From positions 62,001-126,000 of the IMG/VR virus record IMGVR_UViG_3300036766_000194: a stretch of DNA of 64,000 nt, one strand, 5' to 3'. A program made the position numbers and the translations under genes. Of the stretch, positions 56,072 through 64,000 are shown piece after piece (positions within the stretch are counted from its first letter, which is position 1; each line of letters begins with the position of its first letter). The notes under the pieces were generated by a model that was not told where the DNA came from, did no database searches, and was given only the letters and a program-made list of their open reading frames with translations.

Positions 56072-56147
56072 GGTCCCTTAGCTCAATGGTTAGAGCGCCC
56101 GGCTCATAATCGGTAGGTTCTAGGTTCAAGTCCTAGAGGGACCACCA
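56072..56147 (+). tRNA. tRNA-Ile2(CAU) (Met cannot be fully excluded)
   Basis: 76-nt cloverleaf GGTCCCT/AGGGACC, anticodon CAT, encoded CCA; resembles bacterial lysidine-type Ile2. Confidence 0.88.
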
Positions 56148-56182
56148 AAAATAACTTAATAGCTATTTTGAAATGTATGTGG

Positions 56183-56197
56183 TAGAATACCTGTATG
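56183..56197 (+). promoter_or_regulatory. Leaderless promoter TAGAAT-N6-ATG
   Basis: TAGAAT ACCTGT ATG. Confidence 0.6.
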
Positions 56198-56701
56198 AAC
56201 AGATTGAAAGAAGCAATCATCATGGCTACCCTGGCCCACGGTGACACTCTGGATAAGAGTGGTGAACTATATATCCTCCATCCTCTCCGCGTTATGTTGG
56301 ATCCCTCCTTAACCACGGAAGACGAACGAATCACAGCGGTTCTACACGATGTTCTGGAAGACACTAACGTAACAAATGAAGATATTTTACAGAAATTTGG
56401 TCCCGAAGTATTGAGCTATGTTCAAGGTGTCAGTCGCGGGTACATCAGTATTCATACAGGACGGATGATATTCAAAGAGCCGATGTTCCATTTTGCAGCA
56501 GACTATGCCAAAGAAATTTACATGGACTTTATTGACCGAGCAGGGATGAATCCGGTTAGTCGCAGTGTCAAAATTGCTGACTTGAAGGATAACTGTCTCC
56601 CCATCCGCAGGGCAAAGCTAGGGCCAAAAATGGCTAGTATTGAATCTCGGTACAAAAAGGCTTTATTCCGTTTGGGAGTATTAATAGACTGGAATATTTA
56701 A
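56195..56701 (+). CDS. Standalone SpoT-type HD hydrolase (small alarmone hydrolase, Mesh1-like)
   Basis: AH....DKSG..YI.HP.RV, AVLHDVLEDT and VKIADL.DN. Confidence 0.85.
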   Translation: MNRLKEAIIMATLAHGDTLDKSGELYILHPLRVMLDPSLTTEDERITAVLHDVLEDTNVTNEDILQKFGPEVLSYVQGVSRGYISIHTGRMIFKEPMFHFAADYAKEIYMDFIDRAGMNPVSRSVKIADLKDNCLPIRRAKLGPKMASIESRYKKALFRLGVLIDWNI

Positions 56702-56743
56702 CCGTTTCTGGCCACTTTCATAACCTTTTTCGTAATAACATAG

Positions 56744-56758
56744 TAGAATATCTACATG
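56744..56758 (+). promoter_or_regulatory. Leaderless promoter TAGAAT-N6-ATG
   Basis: TAGAAT ATCTAC ATG. Confidence 0.6.
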
Positions 56759-58837
56759 AATAAGTTCCTTATGGACCTTAATAGTCGTGTAAAGGCTGCA
56801 CAAGAAGCCTATTACTCTGGCACTCCCGACATGCCCGATGCGGAGTACGATACTCTGGAAGCGCAACTCCGTGCCGCCTGGCCTCAAGCTCCCGCCCTTC
56901 AAGCTCCCGGAAACAATGGCTCTGGTCGTATCAAACATAACATTCCCATGCTCAGCATTGAGAATCTTTACTCTGAGGATGAGGTTGCTGCCTGGATTGC
57001 CAAGTTACCCGAAGGGACCATGGTTTCTTTGGAGCCGAAATTTGATGGTATGAGTGCGTCAATTAAGTATGTCAACGGAAATATTTTTCAGGCTCTTACT
57101 CGCGGAGATGGTGAAGCGGGCGAGGATATCACTGCTCAGGTCAAAGCAACAAAGATCCCCCAGAGTTTGTACAAACCGCTGAATATTGAAATTCGTGGTG
57201 AACTGGTGATGAAGAATTCCACGCTGGAACGTATCAATAAACAGCTTCTCAAGGAAGGAAAGAAAGTTTATACCAGCACTCGCAACCTGACCTCTGGAAC
57301 GATGAAGACTGCCGATTTAAAAATCGTTGCGGATCGTGAAATTCAATTTCGGCCCTGGGATGTGATTGGCAACGACGCAGACTTGAATCAATCCGCTTCG
57401 GCGCGATTGAGTAACATTGCTTTGTGGGATGGATTCGCCGAACCACTCATAACGATCTTCGACAAGAATAATCCCCGCGCTATCCTCGACGGTCTCAAGA
57501 AGAAACTGGAAGAGCGTGAAACCCTCCTCCGCGCCAAGCATTCTCTTGAGACCGATGGGGTTGTTATCAAGGTAGATTCTTATCCCCTTCGTAGGAAATT
57601 GGGGATTTCTTCCAAGTACACTAATTACCAAGTGTGCTTCAAACCCCAGTCTGCTTCTGCTACGACCATCTTAAAAGACGTTACTTGGCAAGTTGGTCGG
57701 CAGGGTAAGCTGACTCCTGTAGCGGAAGTGGAACTTGTAGTGCTGGCGGGAGCCAAAGTTCAACGTGCCGGGTTGAATAACATCACTTGGATTAAGCAGA
57801 TGGGTTTGATGAAGGGAGCAAAGATTGAAATTCTTCGCTCCGGTGATGTCATTCCTATCATCACTCGCGCTATTGATACGACCGGAGCCGAAGAAATTGT
57901 GGTTCCTAAGGAGTGCCCGGAGTGCGAAACTAAATTGACTGTTTGGACTGATCCTTCTTCCGAAATCACCACGCACTGGTGTATAAACGACCGCTGCCCC
58001 GGACGACTGCGTGACTACTTCACCTTCATCGCAGATCGTGAGTACCTGGAAATTGATGCCCTGGGACCAGAGATGGCGACTACCATCATCAGCGCTGGAT
58101 TGGCTTATAACATTGCCGACCTTTTTGAAGTGGGCAATGAATTCAACGAGATTCTGAAATCCGGAAGAGGCGAGAAGGCATTGGCCCGCCATGGCCTTTC
58201 TATTACCAACACCCGCAAGATGGTTGCCAGTATGGAAAAGGCTAAGGCCGCTGATTGGGATCGTTGGATTGCAGCTTTGGGGATTTCCATGATTGGTCGT
58301 AGTTTGGGAAAAGTAATTGCCAAAGTTCTCCAGCTGGGTGAGCATGATATGTTGAATCTCCCTCTGCTTTTCGTAGCATTTCCCGACAAAATTGAAGGTA
58401 TTGGAGAACGGAAGTTAACAGAACTTCGTAGCTGGGGAGCGTTGGAAAGTTCTCGGGAATTGTGTAAGAAACTCTACATGAATGGGATACGACCTATGGG
58501 AACTAAAGCTGTGGTCCAGGTAGGAGGATCGCCCTTGACTGGATTGACGTTCGTTATCACGGGAGAATTCTCCGAGAACCGCGATACTATTACCCAGAAG
58601 TTGGAAAGTCTGGGAGCCAAATCTCAGTCTGGAGTTTCTAAGAAGACCCAGTTGCTCATCGTGGGCGATGCCCCCGGTAAGTCCAAACTCACTAAGGCCC
58701 AGGAACTGGGAGTCAAGAAAGTCGGTATTGAATGGTTAGTGGAAACTTTCTCTAAGAACGGCGTACCCTTTGACGACGGCGACTTAAACGAAATAAATTG
58801 GTTTGTAGAGATTGTGGAAGAGTTGAGTACAGAGTAG
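56756..58837 (+). CDS. ligA: NAD-dependent DNA ligase
   Basis: D.EYD.L, PMLSI, EPKFDG, LTRGDGEAGEDIT, EIRGE, DGVVIK, VGRQGKLTP, C4 zinc finger, HhH and BRCT (FVITG...VSKKT). Confidence 0.96.
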   Translation: MNKFLMDLNSRVKAAQEAYYSGTPDMPDAEYDTLEAQLRAAWPQAPALQAPGNNGSGRIKHNIPMLSIENLYSEDEVAAWIAKLPEGTMVSLEPKFDGMSASIKYVNGNIFQALTRGDGEAGEDITAQVKATKIPQSLYKPLNIEIRGELVMKNSTLERINKQLLKEGKKVYTSTRNLTSGTMKTADLKIVADREIQFRPWDVIGNDADLNQSASARLSNIALWDGFAEPLITIFDKNNPRAILDGLKKKLEERETLLRAKHSLETDGVVIKVDSYPLRRKLGISSKYTNYQVCFKPQSASATTILKDVTWQVGRQGKLTPVAEVELVVLAGAKVQRAGLNNITWIKQMGLMKGAKIEILRSGDVIPIITRAIDTTGAEEIVVPKECPECETKLTVWTDPSSEITTHWCINDRCPGRLRDYFTFIADREYLEIDALGPEMATTIISAGLAYNIADLFEVGNEFNEILKSGRGEKALARHGLSITNTRKMVASMEKAKAADWDRWIAALGISMIGRSLGKVIAKVLQLGEHDMLNLPLLFVAFPDKIEGIGERKLTELRSWGALESSRELCKKLYMNGIRPMGTKAVVQVGGSPLTGLTFVITGEFSENRDTITQKLESLGAKSQSGVSKKTQLLIVGDAPGKSKLTKAQELGVKKVGIEWLVETFSKNGVPFDDGDLNEINWFVEIVEELSTE

Positions 58838-58847
58838 AAAGGATTAA

Positions 58848-59297
58848 ATGTTAACTCCTGACGAAAAGAAGTTGATTGATGAAATCTACCAGCAGGCGCA
58901 GGAACGTAGGAAGAGCCGCGTAGCCGGGACGCCCGAAGTGGGTATCTTCTGGATCTTAGGTAAGCGTATTCTAATAGACGGTACTCCCATCACCGAAGCC
59001 GAGGGATATGGAGATTTCAAAATCCACACTACCGATCATTATTCTCTCTGGGAAAAATATCAGCGGGTAGATGTTGTTCCCCCTGATTTAGAGTATGACG
59101 AAGTTCCTCGGGGTAGAGTGGTTTACGATACCAAGACCCGTCAGTATACTCTCTTGGCTGACCCCTGTATTTTGAAGAGCAAGCCGCTGGTGAATCAAAT
59201 TAAGGCAAAGATGAATTTGCCTGAAAATAGCACTAAAGTGGAAACCGATGAACACTATCGGTGTTCTAAATGTTTGAGGAAGGCAGCGTCAGACTGA
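58848..59297 (+). CDS. Phage hypothetical protein
   Basis: VGIFW...H...W...EY.EVPRGRVVY...D.HY.C..C. Confidence 0.75.
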   Translation: MLTPDEKKLIDEIYQQAQERRKSRVAGTPEVGIFWILGKRILIDGTPITEAEGYGDFKIHTTDHYSLWEKYQRVDVVPPDLEYDEVPRGRVVYDTKTRQYTLLADPCILKSKPLVNQIKAKMNLPENSTKVETDEHYRCSKCLRKAASD

Positions 59298-59451
59298 AGT
59301 CTATACTCTACATTTACATATTTGGCCCACCAGGGACATTATGGAGGGAGATCTTGACAGGGAGTATAATCTGGCCGGGAGCGCCCATGATGGAAGACTG
59401 TATTTGCATTAACGGTTTTGGAGTCCTGTTCGATTCACCGAAGGAGAAGCC

Positions 59452-59722
59452 ATGACATATGACGACTACGAAAAGAAACACGCACTCGATGACGACTACG
59501 AGGCGCAACGCGCACTGCTCGATGACGACTACAAGGCGCAACGCGCACTGCTCGATGACGACTACGAGGCGCAACGCGCACTGCTCGATGACGACTACAA
59601 GGCGCAACTCGCACTGCTCTATGCCGCAATGCGCACCGCTTTATGCCGACTACAAGGCGCAACTCGCACTCGATGACGACTACAAGGCGCAACGATCAGT
59701 AATCGAAAATCCGTTCAAATAA
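59452..59722 (+). pseudogene. 11-aa-repeat helical protein with a frameshift near 59628
   Basis: DDDY(E/K)AQRALL repeats continue in another frame as LYADYKAQLALDDDYKAQRSVIENPFK*. Confidence 0.6.
59488..59694 (+). repeat. 33-nt tandem repeat (4 near-perfect copies plus degenerate copies)
   Basis: GATGACGACTAC(G/A)AGGCGCAACGCGCACTGCTC at 59488, 59521, 59554 and 59587. Confidence 0.92.
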
Positions 59723-59751
59723 TAATTATGCGCTAACACTAAGGAGAAGCC

Positions 59752-60015
59752 ATGACATATGACGACTACGAAAAGAAACACGCACTGCTCTATGCCGATT
59801 ACACGGCGAAACTCGCACTTAATCACATTCAGATTATACAAAATTGGAGAATAACTTGTGAGGATTGTTCTTTTGGCACTAAAGCTGAAAGTGCTGGAAA
59901 GGCTGAGAACCTAGCCAAGGAACACATAGAGAATGAAAACGGCAAGGGAGCAGAACCTAACTTTTCCCATACCGTGGAAATCGCTCTTATTACTCTGGTG
60001 GGGAGAGAATTGTGA
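59752..60015 (+). CDS. Hypothetical protein sharing its N-terminus with the repeat gene
   Basis: MTYDDYEKKHAL start, then CEDC...H...H. Confidence 0.65.
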   Translation: MTYDDYEKKHALLYADYTAKLALNHIQIIQNWRITCEDCSFGTKAESAGKAENLAKEHIENENGKGAEPNFSHTVEIALITLVGREL

Positions 60016-60266
60016 GAAAACTCGTCGTAGACGGGCAAGTCTTTCGCTATATGGTGGGCTATTCAAACGTCCGAATCGTAGGACCTGGAGGATTTGTACT
60101 GACTCCGGCTTGTCATGAAATTAAGGGATGCTCTCCGGAGACATTTGAACAAGGTCAATGGAAGAAGACTTTGGATGGTCAGATTCTTCCTAGAGAAATT
60201 GCGGCTTGGATCAAGAAGCAAAGTGAGGGTCCTGCTGCGCTTAAATCTGTGAGGTCAAGGAGTTAA
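60012..60266 (+). CDS. Hypothetical protein
   Basis: GTGA coupling; RKLVVDG...RY.VG. Confidence 0.6.
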   Translation: MRKLVVDGQVFRYMVGYSNVRIVGPGGFVLTPACHEIKGCSPETFEQGQWKKTLDGQILPREIAAWIKKQSEGPAALKSVRSRS

Positions 60267-60398
60267 TATGAATGTGTTGATCTACGGGAACCGCGTGCCT
60301 TCAACTCTTGAAGAATCTAATGAGAAACTTGCCGAGGCGCAGCGGGCTGTTAATAGACTGACTGCTGAACTTCGTAGTTCAAAAGCCGGGGCTGCCTA

Positions 60399-61487
60399 AT
60401 GATAAACTTTCTTTTATTGATGCTCATTCCTTTCTTTATTTGCGTTGGGATTCTCGTTTTCTATAAACGGGAAGAGTCCTGGCGTGATGTGTTAGTCCAA
60501 CTAGGAATTGTAGCTGTCACAATGGTGGCAGGTTTGGCAATTGCTTATTATCAGGGAACCTCGGATACTGAAATTTGGAACGGTCAAGTTACTGATAAGC
60601 AAAGTTCTCAGGTATCTTGTAACCACTCTTATCAGTGTAACTGTGTTACGATCCCTAGCACGGATAGCAGGGGCCACACAACTGACACCACAATTTGCCA
60701 AACCTGTTATGAGCATTCCTACGATGTGAGTTGGTTTGTAGCGGCGTCTACTAAGGAAACTATCACCATTGACCGTGTTGATAGGCAGGGGTTGAACATG
60801 CCCCCGCGTTGGGGAAGTGTTTTTGTAGGAGAACCATTTTCGTCTGAGCACCACTTTGAAAACTATATCAAGGCGAACCCTGCTTCTGTTTTGTTAGGAC
60901 AGAAGGGAGACTTGAAGAAATTCGGTAGTTTGATTCCTCCTTACCCCAAGGTATTTGATTACTACCGCACCAACCACGTGATCAATATGGGAGTTCCCAA
61001 TCTAGACGTTAACACCTGGAATTGGTTAATTTCCGAAGCGAACAAAACTTTGGGTCCTACAAAGCAAGTCAATCTTATTTTGGTTTTCGTTAAGACTGAT
61101 GACCCAAATTATATGTATGCTTTTAAGGACGCCTGGTTGGGTGGTAAGAAAAACGACGCCATCATCCTTATTGGTTCTCAAGATGGACAGAAGATTGATT
61201 GGGCTGACGTTGTTAGCTGGTCTACAAACAAAGAATATACCATCTATGTTCGTGACCGTATTATGGAAGTAGGACAATTGAATCTTCGTGACGACATTGT
61301 TAAAGTGATTGCTGAGGAAACCCAGAATCGCTTTCAGCGTATGCACATGAAGGACATGAAATGGCTAGTGTACAGCTTTCAACCCAGCAGTAGAGCTATG
61401 CTGGTTTTGTTTATCCTAGGGGTCTTGACAAGTATTGGTACGGCAGTGGCGTCCATTAAAATTCACAAGGAAGAGGGGTATTACTAA
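60399..61487 (+). CDS. Phage membrane protein (three TM segments, Cys-rich extracellular domain)
   Basis: Two N-terminal and one C-terminal TM; DTEIWNGQV..K....C.HSY.C.C; W.GGKKND. Confidence 0.8.
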   Translation: MINFLLLMLIPFFICVGILVFYKREESWRDVLVQLGIVAVTMVAGLAIAYYQGTSDTEIWNGQVTDKQSSQVSCNHSYQCNCVTIPSTDSRGHTTDTTICQTCYEHSYDVSWFVAASTKETITIDRVDRQGLNMPPRWGSVFVGEPFSSEHHFENYIKANPASVLLGQKGDLKKFGSLIPPYPKVFDYYRTNHVINMGVPNLDVNTWNWLISEANKTLGPTKQVNLILVFVKTDDPNYMYAFKDAWLGGKKNDAIILIGSQDGQKIDWADVVSWSTNKEYTIYVRDRIMEVGQLNLRDDIVKVIAEETQNRFQRMHMKDMKWLVYSFQPSSRAMLVLFILGVLTSIGTAVASIKIHKEEGYY

Positions 61488-62104
61488 TGAAAACTGAACG
61501 TGGATTTGGTACAGTGGGTATCATTTCTGCACTCGTAGTGGCAGGACTATTCCTAGTGGTTTGCGGTTATATGCTGGGCTACGTTGGATTCCGCAACAAG
61601 GCTCAAGCATATGAGGTTGACATCCCGGCGCAATACACCGAGATGCAGAACGTCTATGATAATGGTTGGAAAAAGGTCGTAGAGGTTGCGCAGGTTCCTG
61701 CTATGCAGATGGAACAGACCAAGCAGCTGTATGGTGCGGTTATGGAAGGGCGGTACGGAGCGGGTGGAAGCAAGGCTTTCGTTCAGTTCATCAAGGAACA
61801 GAACCCCAATTTGTCTCCTGAGATTTACGTCAAAATTCAGAGGACTATTGAGGCTTTCCATGATAACTTCCAGGCTTCACAGACGAACCTGATTGCGCGT
61901 AAGCAGGAATATGGTAAGTTTGTAACTGCTACGACTGATAGTCTCTTCTACAATTGGATTGGTAACTACCCCCATATCAAGGTGGGTATTCCCCTTGGAA
62001 GTAAGGATGATTTCCAGATTGTTACTTCTGACAAAACCCAAACCGATTTCCAACAACATAAGGCAGATCCTTTAGACCTGAGCAAAGGAACTAAAAAGAA
62101 ATAA
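61487..62104 (+). CDS. Membrane-anchored LemA-like helical protein
   Basis: N-terminal TM, then a coiled region with FI.EQNP; TAATG-coupled to the upstream gene. Confidence 0.6.
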   Translation: MKTERGFGTVGIISALVVAGLFLVVCGYMLGYVGFRNKAQAYEVDIPAQYTEMQNVYDNGWKKVVEVAQVPAMQMEQTKQLYGAVMEGRYGAGGSKAFVQFIKEQNPNLSPEIYVKIQRTIEAFHDNFQASQTNLIARKQEYGKFVTATTDSLFYNWIGNYPHIKVGIPLGSKDDFQIVTSDKTQTDFQQHKADPLDLSKGTKKK

Positions 62105-62168
62105 AGAAAACTACCCGAAAATAGAATTACAGGGTAGAATAAAAGAGCAGGAAAGAAGGAGAACATAG

Positions 62169-62555
62169 ATGCCCGTATTAAAGTGCCCTGTATGTGAAAT
62201 AGAGATGGACACCTTCGTCTTGAACGAGAGGGGGCGGTGTTCGTCTTGTGGAGCCACTACCGAGGACTATGTTAAGTTCATACATCTTTTAAAGAGTAAC
62301 ATGAAGAAAGTTATTCCTAAAGAAGTGAACGTATTTGTAGATTTGGTGGCCGGGGAATTTGTTTCTTTGATAAAAGATAGGATTAATCCGATTCCTCGTG
62401 GAGATAGGCGCAAAGATGTTCGTAAAAAGGACCGCCGTAATCGTTCTAGAACTCCTGGGAAGTTCAAGGCTGCTGTAGATGCTGTCTACATAACCGATAG
62501 GAAATTAAAGGAGAAGAAAGATGGCAAAACAAATCAAACAAATCATAACAGTTGA
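62169..62555 (+). CDS. Zinc-ribbon hypothetical protein
   Basis: AAGGAG RBS; CPVC...CSSC. Confidence 0.65.
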   Translation: MPVLKCPVCEIEMDTFVLNERGRCSSCGATTEDYVKFIHLLKSNMKKVIPKEVNVFVDLVAGEFVSLIKDRINPIPRGDRRKDVRKKDRRNRSRTPGKFKAAVDAVYITDRKLKEKKDGKTNQTNHNS

Positions 62556-62693
62556 GTTGCTTTTGGACCCTGGACAAGAACCCTACTATTTCAACGAAGC
62601 CAAAGTGGGGGGCATCAACTATATTGCCCTAGAAGAATTCTTCAAAGGCGTGGGATTCGTGGTGTTATCTTACGGGAGCAAAATCGAAACGAA

Positions 62694-63374
62694 GTGAAGA
62701 CTCTTATTCATATTCTCGGACCTGGTGCATCAGGTAAGTCTACGCTATCCCGAGCTATTCTTCAATATGGAAATCCTGTTCCTTATGTAGCAGAAGCATC
62801 CGATGTTGTTCCTTGTACAAACAAAGGAGTGATTGGGACTGAGAAGATTTCCTACGTCTGGTCTAGTAATGGAATAGCACTTGCCGGGAATTCTAAGAGT
62901 GGTACGGACAGTATCAATGCCATTGATGCTCTTCCTAACGTCTTAGAACTTTGCTGGGCTAAAGTCCCCGCTGTTATTGTTGATCCAGTACGTTGCAGTA
63001 AGAAATTTGTAGATTGGATGAAAACCTATCCAGAGCCGCTTACCGCATTATTTGTGTACTTGGACCTTTCCCTGGAAGAAAATGTTCGTCGGTTGATAAA
63101 TCGTCGTTTTGAAAACAACATGAGGAGAAGTAAGGGACTCGCTATTCCTGAAACTTCTCTCCCTGAGAAAACCTATAGCAATATGTTGGCTTTTCGAGAA
63201 CGTGCTCAAGGAGTCTTCACACACGCCGGCAATACCTATAACCGCTTCCCTAAACTGTGTTTAGCACTCCCTGAGAGACTGTCTACAGGGGAAGGGGCTG
63301 CGGCGGTGCATAGTGCCCTAAAATATTTAGAAGGGCTTAAAGAGGCTAAGAATGACCTAATCGTGAACACATGA
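62694..63374 (+). CDS. P-loop nucleotide kinase-like protein
   Basis: ILGPGASGKST; RL..RR lid motif. Confidence 0.7.
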   Translation: MKTLIHILGPGASGKSTLSRAILQYGNPVPYVAEASDVVPCTNKGVIGTEKISYVWSSNGIALAGNSKSGTDSINAIDALPNVLELCWAKVPAVIVDPVRCSKKFVDWMKTYPEPLTALFVYLDLSLEENVRRLINRRFENNMRRSKGLAIPETSLPEKTYSNMLAFRERAQGVFTHAGNTYNRFPKLCLALPERLSTGEGAAAVHSALKYLEGLKEAKNDLIVNT

Positions 63375-63546
63375 GACGGTACGCACAACCAGAATCGCTA
63401 ATTAACCTTTTTCAGAAAACTACAGTATTATATTAACATGAGACACATACTCTTATCATCGTATCTATCATCCAGTAGTTTGCTTACTGGATCCGAGCCG
63501 ATGAGAGGGTCTGTGGAATAAAGACAGACACTTAGAAGTAGAATCG

Positions 63547-63584
63547 GCCTCGGACCAAAGTACACGGTCCGAGGCTTTTGTTTT
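63547..63584 (+). terminator. Rho-independent terminator
   Basis: Perfect 10-bp stem GCCTCGGACC/GGTCCGAGGC followed by TTTTGTTTT. Confidence 0.8.
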
Positions 63585-63597
63585 AGAAGTAAAGTTT

Positions 63598-63686
63598 GGA
63601 GCGGACGCCCTGTTGGAATGGGCACCTGTCTGTAAAACAGGAGTCCCCTGCGGATATTGTGGGTTCGAATCCCTCTCGCTCCACCA
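63598..63686 (+). tRNA. tRNA-Tyr(GUA)
   Basis: CCTGT-CTGTAAA-ACAGG anticodon arm, long variable arm, TTCGAAT, encoded CCA. Confidence 0.85.
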
Positions 63687-63698
63687 AGTTTTATCTTT

Positions 63699-63784
63699 GC
63701 GCGAGTGGTGGAATGGCAGACACGCTGTCCTCAGAAGGCAGTCCTCGAAAGAGGGTGGAGGTTCAAATCCTCTCTTGCGCACCA
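63699..63784 (+). tRNA. tRNA-Leu(CAG)
   Basis: CTGTC-CTCAGAA-GGCAG arm, long variable arm, encoded CCA. Confidence 0.9.
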
Positions 63785-63786
63785 AT

Positions 63787-63873
63787 GCCGAAGTGGCGGA
63801 ACTAGGCAGACGCGGCTGGCTCAAACCCAGTTGGTTAACAGCCATGGGGGTTCAAATCCCTCCTTCGGTACCA
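63787..63873 (+). tRNA. tRNA-Leu(CAA)
   Basis: GCTGG-CTCAAAC-CCAGT arm, long variable arm, encoded CCA. Confidence 0.88.
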
Positions 63874-63942
63874 AGTTTTTGGAGTTTACTGTGGTTTAGT
63901 TTAGAAAGGAGTAAACTAGGATAAACTCAGTAACTAGTTTGT

Positions 63943-64000
63943 GCGGGTATGGCGGAACTGGCAGACGCGTTGGACTTAAAATCCAATGGCCGCAAGGCCG
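63943..64000 (+). tRNA. tRNA-Leu(UAA), truncated by the window end
   Basis: GCGGGTATGGCGGAACTGGCAGACGCG; TTGGA-CTTAAAA-TCCAA arm. Confidence 0.85.

Larger units (their letters stand above)
59441..59786 (+). repeat. 46-nt exact duplication of RBS plus gene start (59441-59486 and 59741-59786)
   Basis: AAGGAGAAGCCATGACATATGACGACTACGAAAAGAAACACGCACT twice, 300 nt apart. Confidence 0.9.

Noticed and set aside
59314-59692. Minus-strand repeat ORFs (RLVVVIEQCAL and similar)
   Set aside because: Antisense shadows of the plus-strand repeat gene, which has the AAGGAG RBS.
59488-59694. 33-nt repeats as a CRISPR array
   Set aside because: Head-to-tail with no spacers and in-frame 11-codon periodicity: a coding tandem repeat.
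63445-63508. SAM-I riboswitch (CTCTTATC...GATGAGAG P1)
   Set aside because: The interior is too short and lacks the P2 kink-turn and P3/P4 consensus.
63468-63924. ORFs at 63468-63924 and 56104-56364
   Set aside because: They overlap clear tRNA genes; spurious.
1-64000. Genome-wide stop-codon reassignment
   Set aside because: Long genes are intact under code 11 and end in TAA, TAG and TGA with normal packing; the few in-frame stops are isolated.

Overview
A 64-kb, gene-dense, AT-leaning segment of a large lytic dsDNA phage genome (jumbo/huge-phage style). A weak host clue points to Acidobacteria. No capsid, terminase or cas genes lie in the window. Content: two SNF2 helicases and an Rnl1 RNA ligase carrying four LAGLIDADG inteins; rIIA/rIIB; Ku plus ATP- and NAD-dependent DNA ligases; an RNA-repair/translation-rescue set (Pnk, Rnl1, HNH-RNA ligase, CCA-adding enzyme, Pth2, Def, tRNAs Ile2/Tyr/Leu x3); a probable cytosine-modification pathway (dCMP-hydroxymethylase-type TS, GT-B glycosyltransferase, MazG-like enzyme, P-loop kinase); and three Thr/Ser-rich virion-type genes. 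Most notable observations: (1) a RelA/SpoT synthetase domain nested inside a polyvalent-protein-type pyrophosphatase domain, translationally coupled to a ~2226-aa polyvalent protein whose modules are separated by a recurring K-x-[AS]-[AS] motif (candidate proteolytically processed effector polyprotein), with a standalone alarmone hydrolase elsewhere; (2) two solitary type I-C CRISPR repeats without cas genes (candidate RNA anti-CRISPRs) flanking a foreign DNA fragment; (3) a Ku gene with a precisely swapped 42-nt block, plus many small deletion scars in accessory genes (error-prone end joining versus assembly artefact); (4) a strict TAGAAT-N6-ATG leaderless promoter grammar and duplicated promoter-RBS cassettes. 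All family calls come from motif recognition by eye; no database searches were run.
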